DNA from: the human T2T-CHM13v2.0 reference genome, Homo sapiens
Length of the DNA: 64,000 bases
Assembly (NCBI RefSeq): GCF_009914755.1
Contig: NC_060926.1
Reading direction: 5' to 3' (one strand)
Numbering within the stretch: position 1 is the first letter of the stretch; the number at the start of each line of letters is the position of its first letter. The notes under the pieces were generated by a model. The model was not told the origin of the DNA. It did not search any database and was given only the letters and a program-made list of their open reading frames with translations. Shown here piece by piece: positions 31,176-45,200 of this stretch. The position numbers and the translations under genes are program-made.

Positions 31176-32519
31176 GTGCAACTATTTCTTGCTTATTTAT
31201 ACTGGAGATCTTATTTGCTGAGTATTTGTTATAGTCTGGGTATTCTCAATATTGCACATTATTCTTAAATCAGAAAGTTAGTGTTGTTATCCTCTTTTTA
31301 CTAATAAGAAAGCTAAAGTCTGCTGAAGTTAATTAAGCATGTTTATGATGATAAAGGAGCTTTTGCAGAAATGACCGTTTATACTTTTAAAGACTGCATT
31401 ATATATCTTAATTTATAATTGATACATATTTTTAAAGATAAAATTTAAAACATTCTTGTGTCCTCAGGAAACTTTCAGTCAACTTGGAGAGATAATAATG
31501 ATACTCATGTATCATTCATTATGAGTCACGGGTAAGTTATGGGTAACTCCTATCATCTATGAGTCTTGATTTACTTATTGGTAAAATAAATCTAAATATC
31601 TTCCTCACTCCATGCACAGGTTTGTAAAAATGCTTGCAAGTTTATAGTAAATCACAAAATTAAAGTTATGAATTATGAATTCAATAAGGACCAGAAGACC
31701 ATTACATTAAACTGAGAAAAAGAATAAACATAGTCATTAAATACCTCCTGGTGCCTGGCAATATGCTAATAATAATATTGATCTTCAAACCAGTCTTAGA
31801 AAGTAAGTATTAGAATATTAACTTTACAGAGGAAACAGTAACTGTTGAGTTGCTAAGTAGTTTGTTCAAAGTGGAAAAGCAAATGGAGTTGGTGATATAA
31901 AAGGTTTGTATTTCTTGCCAAAAATCTCAAACTCCTTCCGCAGCCTCCTCTGAAGTTAGAGAACAGGTGCTTGAATCCATCTCAGCCACCAAGGTCCTCC
32001 ATGCACAGTGATTTATTTAACTTCTCAAAGCCTCAGTTCCCACACCTCTTGGCTTTGTATGAATCTATGGCCATTTTGTTGTAAATTACCTGTAGAATAC
32101 GATGTTCAAATTTATTTTTCTGTACTGGTAATGCAAAGCATGTATTGGAGAGGCAAGATATTGAAGATAGAGGGGTTAATAAAGAGATTGTTGAAGTTAT
32201 GCAAATGTGAGGTGATCAGGGTTGATAGTAAGAAGTGACAAGAGAAATAAGACAGAATAAATGAATAATAAATACGCTAGAGAAGAAGAAATAACAAGGC
32301 TTGATGATATGAGAATATAAGTAAGGGATAAAACATAGAACAGTTTTTAAGTTAGTCTCAAATTATTTTAATTAAGGAACTAGCTTAATGGTTATAGGTA
32401 TGAGAGAAAGCGTTAGAATGAGAAGAAAACTAGTTTTCAAATATGAAATACATAATTTCCAACTTGAAAAAACACACAAGTTTGAAGGGAAAACATACAA
32501 GGAAGCAATTAAGTGGAAT

Positions 32520-33100
32520 GTGATGCTATTGTTTCAGAAACGTTGGTAAAGGCACTGCTGTGTATCGTGAGTCCCCATCTTCGGATGAGGAATAGTCCAT
32601 TACCACTCTCCTTGCTCCATGTCCCACAGGAACTGTAAACCCCACATCTCTGTTTGCAGATGACTACAAATCCCACCAGCCTCGGCCAATCAGACTCGCT
32701 TTCTTGGAAGTTTGATAGAGGAATGCAGAAAGCATAGACTAGGCAATTAAACACTGTGGTTATGTAACCCTGGGGCTAGGGCAGCCATGTTGGACCAGAA
32801 TGTAGAGATACCTGATTTTTCGTAAAGGAAAAAGAGAAGAAGAGAGGAAAACAGATTCATGGAGAAAACCAGAGGCAAGAGATTATTTAACCTAGGTGGG
32901 GAGGGGAAGACTAAGAGAGGATGAGAGAGAAAATCCCTGGTTTTGGAGGTTTTTCTTTTCTTTGGTCTCTTGAAGACTCTATTACTGTCTCTGCCTTTGA
33001 TTTTCTTGTGATAACCCTACAAATGTCAAACCGATTTCCTTAATTTTGCTTAAACTATATTGAATGGGTTCTACTTTGCAACAAAAAACTTAGACCAAGG
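32520..33100 (+). mobile_element. Ancient ERVL-type solo LTR (LTR33/LTR16-like)
   Basis: ggccaatcagactcgctttcttggaagtttg, ggcagccatgttgg, 3' ttttgcttaaactatattgaatgggttctactttgcaacaaaa. Confidence 0.55.
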
Positions 33101-34906
33101 TTAATTATTAAAAATAAGTCCTACAAGGACTACTGAAAAGAGAAATCTGATTTGATAATAGAGAACAAGGAAAGACTGACTCCATATAAAGTAACCTGAA
33201 GTGAAATTTAAATAATGAGTAACCATTTGACAAAGTGTATTTCTTTCCATATGTGGCCCCCAGAATTGCTTTTTAGAGTATTGAAAAACTGGATAGCATT
33301 CAGGGCCATGTGGAAAAAAGCACTTTGCCATTTCCTAGCCCCCTAATCTCAAAAGAATCTGACCCTAATGATGCTGAATTTAATTTGATAACAAAGAGAA
33401 TTCCATGTAAAGTAGAAAAATATTAATTATTAACATGAATTTTCCTGGAAAGGTGATACAATGTGATACAATAGATAGTATAAAGGCGGGGACAGGGAAG
33501 ATATAAAAACTTGTGGTTTCCTGATCTTGGCATAGGCAGGATCACCAGCATCCGACTTGGGCCTGTAGAGTTCAGGGGGAGTTCTAGTGGAATGTACTGC
33601 AAATGCTCTACTCTTGGATGGCTCCTCTGCCTCCTATAAGGACTTTTGTCTTTAGGTAATACCATACTTTGTGATGTGTGGATCTGTGTCCTTCTTACCA
33701 ATTCATTGGCCAGTCATAGCACCTTCACACAGTTCATAACTCTCACTTCTGCTTCATAAACCACATATATTAGAATTTTGCAGTGTGAACAGAAATGTTC
33801 ACTCAATACCACAAATATAAATGTGTAGGAAAAGGTGATTCTTAGTTAGTATGAAGAAAAATATAAGTCAAAATAATCAATGTAGGGATGTTCAGAAACT
33901 GTGCATTTGTATTCAATATCTCTTTTCCCTCTTCTACTGATATGTTTTCTGGGAAGAATGAGGTGAAGCCTATAAAAGACTTCCACTGAGCATCATAATT
34001 CTTAACTATAATTTGTTTCTCTAATTGGAAATATTAGTCCTTTTCTTTCAAGTCTACATCAACATTCCACTTGGCAATAATTTCTTTCAATTAAAACACA
34101 ACTCCTATATCTCACAAATGAAAAATGCCTTTTTTACTTAGCAACAACTCAGAGGTCTTTTTGTATTTACCAAAGTTTATCTCCCTGAAATAGTAATTCT
34201 TTTGAGATTGGACAATTTATTTATGCATCTTTTAGGCATTAATAGATCAAAAGAAGGATATAGAGATTTCAAAGGTTTATAGCATATATTTTTCTTAAAA
34301 TTCTAGCTTAAAATTTAACATATTGGCAATTCATATTTCTCCAATTATTTTCCTAAGCCACATCATCACCATCATAAGCATTTTCTTAGTTTTCATAAAC
34401 ACAAAGCAAGGAAATTCTTTCTATAACTCATAGTTCTGTGAATATCTAAAGCTATTAGGTCATCTTGAATGACAGGTTTGCTGCTCCTCTACTCTCTATT
34501 ACACAAGATGACTTACGTTGAGCTGTAAATAATATAAAATCTGAAATAGTGTGTTATATATTTTCTAAGCTATCTTTGATTAAGCTTAAATGCATTCTTA
34601 TTTATTCTGATAAGATAATTTGGAATGCAATTTTAATTTTACTGCTCATCTCTTAATGCAAACTAATGTTTGCTTAAAGTTTCAAAGAAAAAAAAACTTT
34701 AGTTCCTTCCTTCATTCCCATTTGTGTTCCTATGAGGTTCAAATGCGGAAGGCAGAAGGGTATTGTTGTCAGATCTCAAACCCAAAAAGCCAATCTGCCA
34801 GTATTTCAAGAAAGTGTAGTAGGTGATCAATCCCGTTTTTTGCTTACTTTTTCTCTTGTCTGAATGGATATGAACTAGTCCTGATCATGATGGAAGGACG
34901 AAAGCA

Positions 34907-35252
34907 CTATGGTTTAAAAGAATATGTTGCTCAAAAATTCATATGCTGGAACTTAAAACTCAAAGTGATGGCATTAAAAAGGGAGATTTTGGGAGGCGAT
35001 TAAGTCCTGAGGGCTCAGCATTTGTGAATAGGATTAATTCCCTTATAAAGGCCCTGTTGCCCTTCTGCCTTTCTCATAGCATCCATCTCTTCTGCCATGT
35101 GCAAACACAGCAAGAAGGCCCTCTCAAGATATGAAATGGTAGTGGCTTGATCTTGGACATTCCAGCCTCCAGGACAGTGAGAAATAAATTCCTGTTCTTT
35201 ATATACAGTCTGAGGTATTTTGTCATAGCAGTGGAAACAGTCTAAGACTAAC
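34907..35252 (+). mobile_element. MaLR solo LTR (MST/MLT1A-like)
   Basis: ctatggttt...aaattcatatgctggaact...cttgatcttggacattccagcctccaggacagtgagaaataaattcctgttc...ctaagacta. Confidence 0.85.
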
Positions 35253-35734
35253 AGTATTTTCCTTTTCTTACAAAAGGAAAAAAGAGATCCTGAGTTCTAC
35301 TCTGATTTCTTTTTATACATGCTAGTAAAAATTATGCAGAAATGAAATTTAAATAACTATTTGAAAGCCTTGTAGTAGGAAACTATCATCGAACCCTGTG
35401 ACTCACTTGATTATGTTGTTGGTTATATTATTGTTTTAACTGCTAGTGTTTTGTCTTTACAAATGAAAGACTTAAAAAAATACTTTTTTTTCTCCAAAGT
35501 CTTCTTGACCACCTCTTCTCAATTCCAGATGAAGTGTGGGTCTCCTATTGTAATTTTATCTCCACTTGCTTCTGTAAGTGCCTTGAGGTCATGAACGGTG
35601 ATTCATCTCTAGATTAGAGGAGTAGATGTTCAACATATTTTTAACAAGTGAATGGTGACAGATGAATTTATGCTATGAAAAGACATGTTTAGGAGGACTG
35701 TCAGAGAAATTAAAGAAGAAGTAAAAGCCTTCCA

Positions 35735-36200
35735 GCTTATTGAATGGAAAAAATATTTTCAAATTATATAACTGATAAAGAGTCAATAGCCAGAACATAT
35801 AAAGAGCTCCTATAACTCAACAACAGAAACCAGCCTGATTTAAAAATGAACAAAGAACTTGAATAAAAGTTTCTTCAAAGATATGTAAATTGCCAATAAG
35901 CACATGAAAAGATGCTCAACATCACTAATCATTATGGAAATGCAAATCAAAAAACCATAGTTAGATCAAATCTTCATATTCATTAGAATTGATATAATCA
36001 GTTGATCAATCAATAACAAGCATGGGTATGGACATGGTGAAATTGGAATCCTTGTGCACTGTTGTTGTGAATGAAAGATGATACAGCCACTGTGAAAGAC
36101 AGTATGTTGGCTCCTCAAAAAAATAGAATTATTATAAGATTCAACAATTCCAGATCTGGGTATACACTCAAAAGAATTAATGAAGGGTTTCAAACAGTTA
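35735..36200 (+). mobile_element. L1M ORF2 3' fragment
   Basis: aataagcacatgaaaagatgctcaacatcactaatcattatggaaatgcaaatcaaaa. Confidence 0.85.
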
Positions 36201-37483
36201 CGTCATAATTAATGTATGTTCTTTTGATTATTTTATATAAGCACATTTTTGGAATTCTTAGTTTCATTCCTTCTTTCATTGCAGATAATCCAATAAGAAT
36301 GTATTCCTTTGACATGAAATAACTCCCTTAAACTATGCTTATTGCAAATAAACTAGTGTCAAACTCTCAGATTTTATTTGAAAATATGTTTTCTTACATT
36401 CAATATTGAAATATATTTTCACTGCCTGTAGAATTCTAAAGTATACCTCTATAATAAATGAAAAAGTTATTCAACTGTCTCTTGAGTTCTGTATTTGCTG
36501 TTGATGTCTTTTATCAATCTAAACATAAGTCCTCATTTTTTTCTAGTTGTTCTCAATATATTTTTGTCTTTGATATATTCTGCAGAACTTGGGATTTATC
36601 AGACTTTTAAGTTTCAAAAATCAGTGTATTTTACCAGTTCCAAAAATGTTATTTTTCTTTTTCTTCATTTCTAGAAGCTCTTTTTTTTTGTCAGAATATA
36701 AATTGTTCTATTTCTTATAAGATGATACTTATTATAAGTATCATCTATTACATATTTAATAACATTATTTTTATGTTATGTACTTAAATTTCCAGCCTAT
36801 AATATTTATGGATCTGAATTTGTAATTGATTACATTTGTTAACACTCACTTATAATGATTTTTATTTTTCATTGTTAAATGGTTTTCAAGAATCAGTCCT
36901 GTATTCAAAGATAATATTTTCAGACAAAATTTATGTTTGTGTCTGTCAGGTGCTGAGACTTACCTGAACTAGTTCCAAAAGGTATTTTAAATAGCATATA
37001 CAGTATGAATCCTACCCCTACATTTCTGGAAATGCCAGCTTATAATTTTAAAAATATATGCTCAGTGAAGAGTTTTGTTTTTTAATTTTCCATAAAGAAC
37101 CAAGACCCAGAAAAGATAGTGTCTTTCTGTAAGTTTTGGATGCATATATTTTCTTGTTCACCCCCTGAGGGTAATACCATTTGGAGTCTTAGGTTTATTT
37201 AGGAATCTCAGTTCTGAACTCCCACTATAGGTTGGTGGTTATAGGGGGGTGGTATATTTTTATCGTCTACATTCTAGAACCTTATAACAATTGTGTTTTG
37301 TCTTATAGTTCCTTAACTTCTACTGTTCCCATTGCTTTAGCACTATTTCAGCTACACTTAAAAATGGTTTTTTTGTTTTTATTTTTATTTTTTGGTATTG
37401 TGCAATAATTTTCAAGGATTTTCTACTAAAAGTTGCATCTCTACTTATCTATCAGAGTTCCAGAAGCAGAAACTATAGGTAAA

Positions 37484-37785
37484 TGTATTACCCTGCTTGG
37501 ACCCTCATAACAAAATACCATAGATTGGCTATTTATAAACAACAGAATTTACTTTCTCACAGTTCTGGAGAATGGAAGTCCAAGATCAAGGTGCTGGCAG
37601 GGTTGTTTTCTCCTCAGGCATCTCTCCTGGCTTGTAGATGGCTATCTGCTCACTGGCATTCATCTTGGATTAGAACTCTACCCTTATAACCTAGTTTAAA
37701 TTTGCCTCTTTAAAGACCTTCTCTCCAAATACAGTCATGCTGGGGGTTGGGGCTTCAACATATACATTTGATGGGCTGTAATTCA
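37484..37785 (-). mobile_element. MaLR LTR (MLT1A/B-like)
   Basis: cataacaaaataccatagattgg...ctcacagttctggagaatggaagtccaagatcaaggtgctggcaggg. Confidence 0.85.
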
Positions 37786-39079
37786 TAGTAGTAATACATT
37801 TTTAATTGCAGTTCCCTCACTTTTGGCTTATTTTTATTACTCTTACCTATGCCAATTTTAAAATTAAACATTTAAGTGCCTTGAGAGCTGTCTCCATTTC
37901 ATTAGGGGTATTTTATTTTATATTTAAAGCTATTATTGGGAGTAATTAATATGAAATATTTACTGTTTAATATGGACAAAGTGAGGTCATTTTTAAAATC
38001 TAAGATCTTGAGTACTTCGTTGATATTGCCTTAAGGTATTTGTTGATTTTTGCTTCTGTGACTTCCCTAACGACAGGTGATAGTAATAGTGTGTCCTCAA
38101 CTCCCAGATGCAATTTACTCTTTAAATTCCAACAAGAGACTCAAAATTACAATTTTCTAATGAGCTCACCCTCACACTTATAACCAGTGAGAGTCAAGTT
38201 ATTTTTAAATGGAAAATATATTAATTAGTAGAACTTTAACCCCACAAAATTTACCCAAATTTGAATCATAAGACAGTTTTCTAAACCCTACAGTTATAAA
38301 ACATTTGAAGAAAGAGTTTAGATTTACTGAGGTGAGAAAATTTCTGAAAATAAGGATAGCCTTTTTTAGTTTACGTTGAATCTTATCTTTTGGTCAGGCT
38401 CTTTGGGCTTGCATCTGTTCTAAGCAGTTAATTTTACTAATGTCTTTACTTATAAGTTGTTTAAATCAAATACATATTAAAAGAAGCTTTGCTCCCTCCT
38501 CACTCTTGCTCTTTTAGTACTCCATTCTCAGGCTCTGTGAGAAAAAATCTGCCAAAGAATAGAGAAAGGAAACATGTGTGTCCTTACCCTCCCAAAGCTG
38601 CATCAGTGATACTTTCATGTAGCAGCAAATAATTCTGCTCTCCCTCATGTCAGCCAAAACATTTGTTTTACCTTCTAACTTTACCTTTGAAAAACTTTAA
38701 GTATTCCCTCCAAGCCCTCTGATCTCTAAGGAACTTAAAAATAAACTAATATATCATTAGTTGTGCCCCAGAGTGGTTTCTATTAGCTTTAGGTTCAGGT
38801 TTGCATTACATTACTAAGAAAAAAAATTCAAGGAACCTGGCCAGGTACCACATACAGTGATTACTTCATCACTTACTAATCTGTGGCCATGGGCAAATTA
38901 TTTAATATATCTATCTATCTATCTACCCTTATAACATAGTTTAAAGATGTAATTTTTTTTCTCCTCATTTAATCTACTCATAGTATTTTACATGCAATGC
39001 ACAATGTATTATAAGAGTTAATGGCTGATTTACAAAGTACCTTATATTAACATTGCATACATTTAGTATTCAATATGTT

Positions 39080-39200
39080 GTAGCTCTTATTTTATTTTGT
39101 ACATGAGTTCTGTTTTGTTCACTCTTATATCCTCATTGCCTAGAAGAGTTATTGGCATATAATGTACATGCAGTATAATTTTTGAATGAAAGAATGAATT
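39080..39200 (+). mobile_element. L2 3' end
   Basis: tgttttgttcactcttatatcctcattgcctagaagag...ttgaatgaaagaatgaa. Confidence 0.6.
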
Positions 39201-40108
39201 ATAATTACTTTAAACAAATAATACTCTCCTGTGTTTCTTTTTAAGGCCAAATAAAGGCTTACCTCCTCTATAGAGACTTTCTCTCAGTCTCATTCCACAT
39301 ACAATTTACCATGTTGTTTCAGACTCTATTAATTGTCGTCTGGTTGTTTTGTTTATAAGTCATTTATACTCCCTCAAAGTAATTTGCTTGAGTGCGAGGA
39401 ATAATTATTATGTTATATCTCTTCTGTGTTGTATACAGCACTTAACCAATGACTGGATGCGTGATAGATCCCCAAGTAAATGCCGTCAAACCTTGGAGAT
39501 GGAATGAGATTTAGGGGCATTATGCTAAATATCCATCCAGTTCAACCAGGTTACATAAATTTAATATATTTTACTCCCAGTTCCAGGTTCTAGCTGTCCA
39601 AATAAAACAAGAACTGTCTCGCTAATCAGGAGTGAGATCTGTATTCACATGTTCAGTGAAGGTCAAGCAGAGTTAGTCTCCAGTGACATTGATAGATCAC
39701 CTAGAGGATGTTTGGACAGTCTGCATTAATCTGATTTCCGACAGAACATATTCCCTCCCTTGTCTAGTACCAATGAATTAAATTGCAAAAAGTAATATAT
39801 CTAAAGTGAGATATCTACAGAATTATCTGAAAGCCATAAGACATTATGTAACATATTTATTTCAAAATTAGGTGAAATTCTTATGTGTATTGTATTTTTT
39901 TCTCTTCATCAAATGTAAAATGGAGAGTGACAGGGAAATAATATTCCCATGCAATTTTGATGGCTTCCCTTTCTGTGGAGCACTCTTCTACATTTCCAGC
40001 ATTACACATTAGATATTTCATGCTTGCCTTGACTGTGTACTTTTAAGCTGGTAATTTTGCCTCAGCTCCTCTCTCACTTCCCTTGCATAAACCAGCACCA
40101 AATAAATA

Positions 40109-40747
40109 CAGTTGGTCCTCATTTTTCACATACTGCATATTTATGGATTTGCAGACTCACTAAAACTTATTTGTAACCCTCAAATCAATACTCCCAGTGA
40201 TTTTTTGGTCATTCTCAGACATGTCCAGAAGGGCAAAAATTTTAGTTGCCTGAGACTCACATTCCCAGCTGAGGTAAAACAAGGTGACACTGCCTTCTTA
40301 TTTCAGCTTTCACACTGTAAACAAGTCATTGTTTTCAGCATATTTAGTGCCACAATCTTCGCATTTTTGTACTTGTTAGCGATTTTACTGTTTCGATAGA
40401 CCCCACAATTTAGTGCTGAATTGGTGTCTAATGATTGTAAGCATAAGAATGCTGTGATTTGTCTTACAGAAAACACGTGTTAGATAAACTTCCCTTAGGG
40501 ATAACTCGTAGTGTTGTTGGCAGTGAGTTCTATGTTAAGTAATCACAATCTATATTAAATAAGATTGATTTTAAATGAAATAGACCTAAAACAAGGTTAT
40601 GTATGCATCAGCTGATGAAAATGTGTGTCCAGTGGATCATAGGAACCTAACCCTGTTTTTCTTCTAGGAACTATGATTCAGTATTAATTAGTTCAGTGTT
40701 TGTAATGACTTTATAGAGCATAGCTACCATAAGAAGTAAATAACTGC
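40109..40747 (+). mobile_element. MER82-like TcMar-Tigger DNA transposon
   Basis: ta-cagttggtcctcatt...ctaaaacttatttgtaaccctcaaatcaatactc...ttcccagctgaggtaaaacaaggtgacac; ends ataactgca. Confidence 0.75.
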
Positions 40748-41781
40748 ATCCACTTTTATTCCACTTGATAAGAATAGTTGACATATCTGGTTGCCTAATC
40801 AAATACTCCAATTTCTTCCTTACTAGCAAAATTCTAATCCATACACATTGGTTTTGAATTTAATAACTCATTTTCTCAATGATTTACTTACTTTTGATGT
40901 CCAAGTAATATATTTATGATCAATGTGATATAGCTGGGAATTCAATGTCAGTGGTAACTTCTTGGAGTAATCTATGTATTCCTTGACCCTCCCCACTTTA
41001 TATTTCTGGTTAGCATAAAACAGAACAGCTGGTGGTGTGGCACTCATGCTGCAAACAGGAAGCAATGAGCAGGATAGCAGAGGCTACAAGGAATGTTGGA
41101 GCAGAAGATCTGGATCTCTGAGTCTCAGTCACTGTATTTACCTTGACTGCTTATCTTGGGTTATGCATGTAAGATAAACAGCTCTGTATTTTGCAATGAA
41201 CACATTATTACTGCATATATTCACCTTTCATTCTACTTCCCAAACATTCTTGATTATTCTGTAATCTTTTTTTTAACCTTTTTTTCTCTATGTCTTCCAA
41301 CATACAGTGATGTTATAGGAATCATCTATTCCTCCTAGATTGCAACTAGCCCCCAATTTCTGGACAAATTGTTTGTAATCTCCCTGAGGGGATCTTCTGA
41401 CATTTCAATCTGCTTTAGAATTCCATTCTACTATATAACCTTAAAGACTTATAAGGCTTATACTACACATATATTTACCAAAGTTTTTGAACTGAATATT
41501 CAATATTTCTCCTTATAAGTACAAAGCATTTTAGGAAGAACAATGCATTCCCCATAAATTATGGTAAGAGAGGATAGTTTGTATTTATTAACTACTTATT
41601 ATTACTTACCAGGTCTTGTAGATATATAAGCATATTGAATCTTCACACATACACATACACATAAAACAAACAAACACAAACTTGTGACTTAGGCATTATC
41701 TTGATCATTTTGCAAATAATGATGCTGAGATAAAAAAAAAAAAAAAAGAAAAAAAATCACTTGTTAAAAGTTCCAGAGATG

Positions 41782-42240
41782 GTATCAGTTATCTAATGCT
41801 ATATAGGAAATCACTCCGAAATGCGGTGGCTTAAAACAATGTTAATTATTTGTCATCTGTCACAGTTCTTTGGTTTAAGAACTCACAAGTGACTTAGCTA
41901 GATGGTTCTGAAGTGGGGTCTTTCACAACGTTGCAGACAGATGGCCCCTGGGGCTTTCGTTATCTGAGGTCTAACTGGGCCTCATGAATTGCTCACATGG
42001 CTGTTGGCAGGTACCTCAGCTCCTCCACATGGGCCTTTCCACAGGGTTGCTTGTGTCTTCACAGAATGACAAATGACATCCCCCACAGTCAGAAATCCAA
42101 GAGTCCGACGTAGAAGGTGCAATGCCCATTATGACCTAGACTTGAAAATCTCACACCAATAAATCCAGCAATTAAACCCCAAACATGAAATATAGGGAAT
42201 CAAAGATCACTAGACACTATTGTAAAGGCCGATTACCATA
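41782..42240 (-). mobile_element. Old MaLR LTR (MLT1F/G/H-like)
   Basis: gtatcagttatctaatgct...gtggcttaaaacaa...ctcacatggctgttggcagg...cccattatgacctagacttgaaa. Confidence 0.7.
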
Positions 42241-45200
42241 GAACACCAAAAGTTGAAGACCCTTAATTAAAGAAAAAAAAAAAAAAAGAACTGATTCAAA
42301 TTCCCATACACATTTCTCTACACAATGTCATTAGCCCCATTACAACATTCTGGATCCCAGGAAAATTGTCATGGATGTAGCTACATTGATTAATTTATTA
42401 TGCATAATTTCTGACAATAACATGTAATAACACAAACTTGCATTTGTTCATCACTTAAGAGATTAATGTATATTAATTAATGAAAAAAAGGTAACTTGCT
42501 GAGTCTGGTATCTTACTGACCATACTCCTCCAGACAGGAAGTTGTGGCCTTGTACAAGGATTGGCATAGCTTGCTTCTCCACTCAAACATCATCTCCTCT
42601 TCAACTTTCTTTGTTTTTCTAGTGGAATATAATAGGGTTGAAACTGGGGAAAATTTAGGACAAACAAATTCAACCTCTTTAGATTATTACTTATTAATAT
42701 AAAGGTAATTTTATGCTTATTGGAAATCACATTATGATGACGATGACATGAACAAAAATAATGATGATAATAATCATTTATACTACCATAACAATCATTA
42801 TATATGTGCATTGTATGCTTCAATCTTTATCCTCTTATATGTTATTTCTATGAATTAAGTCTTATTATTCTCATTATACAGACTAAACTTTGAAGCATTA
42901 AGGAATTTAGCTAGATAGTTGAAGTGCAAAGCACAGAATTTCAAAATCCAGGCCATTTTACTCTATCCTTATGCTTCTCTAATACATTGTTTCATGCCCA
43001 TATTGTCAGAGTAATTTTCCAAAGCAATTAACTCATTTTTCTTCATCAGATAACCAAAATGACACCATGTTCATACAGCCTTACCAAAGACTGAGGTATT
43101 CCAGATAAAATCATTTTCCAGGTGACTGAAACTTGGAGTGCCTAAAATTTATTTTAACCAATTTGAATGGAACTCTTTCTCGATTTATTTCACACCTTTG
43201 TGCCTCTGGAATGAGTATATGAAATCTCTGATAACCTTTCCTTGATAAAGCAGGAATCACTGTGATTTCTACTCTTGCTCTGGACTTTCATAATGGGACA
43301 ACTTTCAGATTAACTAAGCTACGTAGGGTTGTTTATTCAAAAATTAAAGGGCTTAAGAAAATTCTAAGAGAGAAAAAGAAAAAAAAACCCAGGATCTCCA
43401 GATAATGGTTTCATATGTATTCTATAGCTGGATAGAAATATATATCAAAAAGTTTGTCTTCTTCCTCTGTTTTTGAGAGACAGCTATCACTTTTTACCTA
43501 GCTCAGCTATTTCCTCTCTCTACAGTACCCAAATTTCCACCACAAAATATATTTGAAATATATAAACAAAGGGAACACATTTGCTAGTATTGTGTCTTAA
43601 ATAAGAGTAGGTATTGCCATGTCTTCTGTGGTAGAGTGGGCTCATGCTAGCATATGAGTTAATCATACCATGTTTAGCTTCTCAGTGGCTATGAATATTT
43701 TTCCATTGTTCTCTGAAGTGTTTTCAGGTGTGATCAAGGCTGAAGAAACCATTAAATAATTTGGTTTATATTGTAGTTAATAATATCACTGTTGGATGTC
43801 TACAACACTGAACATAAGGCAAATATTAAACATGCTCCCTGCCATTAACAGAATGATTAGTTTGTCTTCTGGGGAAAGAGAAGGAAAATCATATTTATTG
43901 AACACTTGACATATGCCTGCGTGCTCAAAACAAGTTAGTTAAGTAGCATTTGCAGTTTACTTGTGTATTTAAGGAATGTGTCCAAGGGCCCAGAACCTGG
44001 ACTTTTCCCAAGCTATCTCTGACTTCAAAACCTGAGATCTTATTAATTTCCTATTTTACCTGACACTAAGATTATGAAATAGGATTATCAAGTATAAACA
44101 AAAGAAGTACTAAATAGTATTGATTCTAAAGTGTTAGCAGTTATAAAGCTTATCAATAATTTAGCAAGTTTTTAGTGGGAGATAAATGATTCAGCAAATG
44201 TACCTATTGACAGTAAGATACACCAGAGATTTGAAAATATACCAATGTCAAAAACACAAGTTAGAATAGGAAATTTAACAATATGGGAATATTATTGACA
44301 TGTGACCATTGGTAAAAAATATGCGATAGTTAGAGTAAAACATGTTTTATATGATTTTGGGGAAAGGGAATAAATGATGACTGTTTAGAGATGGGATTTA
44401 TTGGAGATACCATAATAAAGTTATTTTAGAACCAGAATTTGATAGATTGATAATAAAAGAATGCAAAGATGAAATGGTTAGTGTTGTTATTACTAATGAG
44501 AAAAACAAACTTTCACTATCTGACATACATCGTTTGTCTCCTAATCCTTGTCTTAAAGGAAAGGACAATGTGAAAGAGGCTCTAGAAAACATTTCAAAGG
44601 CCTTCAGAGATCTCCAAATACTCTCCAAATATACTCTGCTTTGTGGGAACAGGAAGAAGCTTTACAAAAATGACACAACCTGTCAGGCAAACCAAAATGC
44701 ATAAGAAAAGAATCAACTGAGCAATTGATAACTTCTAATTATTGGCTAGTTTTCAAATCTTCAAAACTATCTACTTAACGTTCTCTCTGTTGACTTTCTG
44801 GGGGCGAATCATTTGTTGGGGCACATTTCTCTCTTTTAAATGAAGAGTTAGTAGCCAAGGTTTTGGACATGTGCGTTTGAAACTGTGTGAAACCTACACT
44901 TTAGGATCTAGAAACAGATTTTCTTACGCTGGAGAGAGATTTTAACTCTCCATCTGGCAACAGACCAGATGCTGTTTGTTGCAACTGGCAGAACAGGAAC
45001 AACTGATTTATAAAAAATAAATAAATAAAAAATAAGATGCTGAGTTCCTTTTTAGTTTACTCATGCTATGAAAACAGTTTCAGAAAACAGTCAGCATGAG
45101 GAGATATAGCAAGTAGCGAACAGTTTATACTAAGGTAGACAGAGTCTGCCAAAATCAGCACATCTACTTAGTAAGGCCAAAACAATCTGATTCATTTTAT

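Noticed and set aside
41731-42290. Isolated poly-A runs (41732-41756, ~42270-42290) as tails of processed pseudogenes
   Set aside because: No upstream mRNA-like body or TSD; adjacent sequence is MIR/MLT-like.
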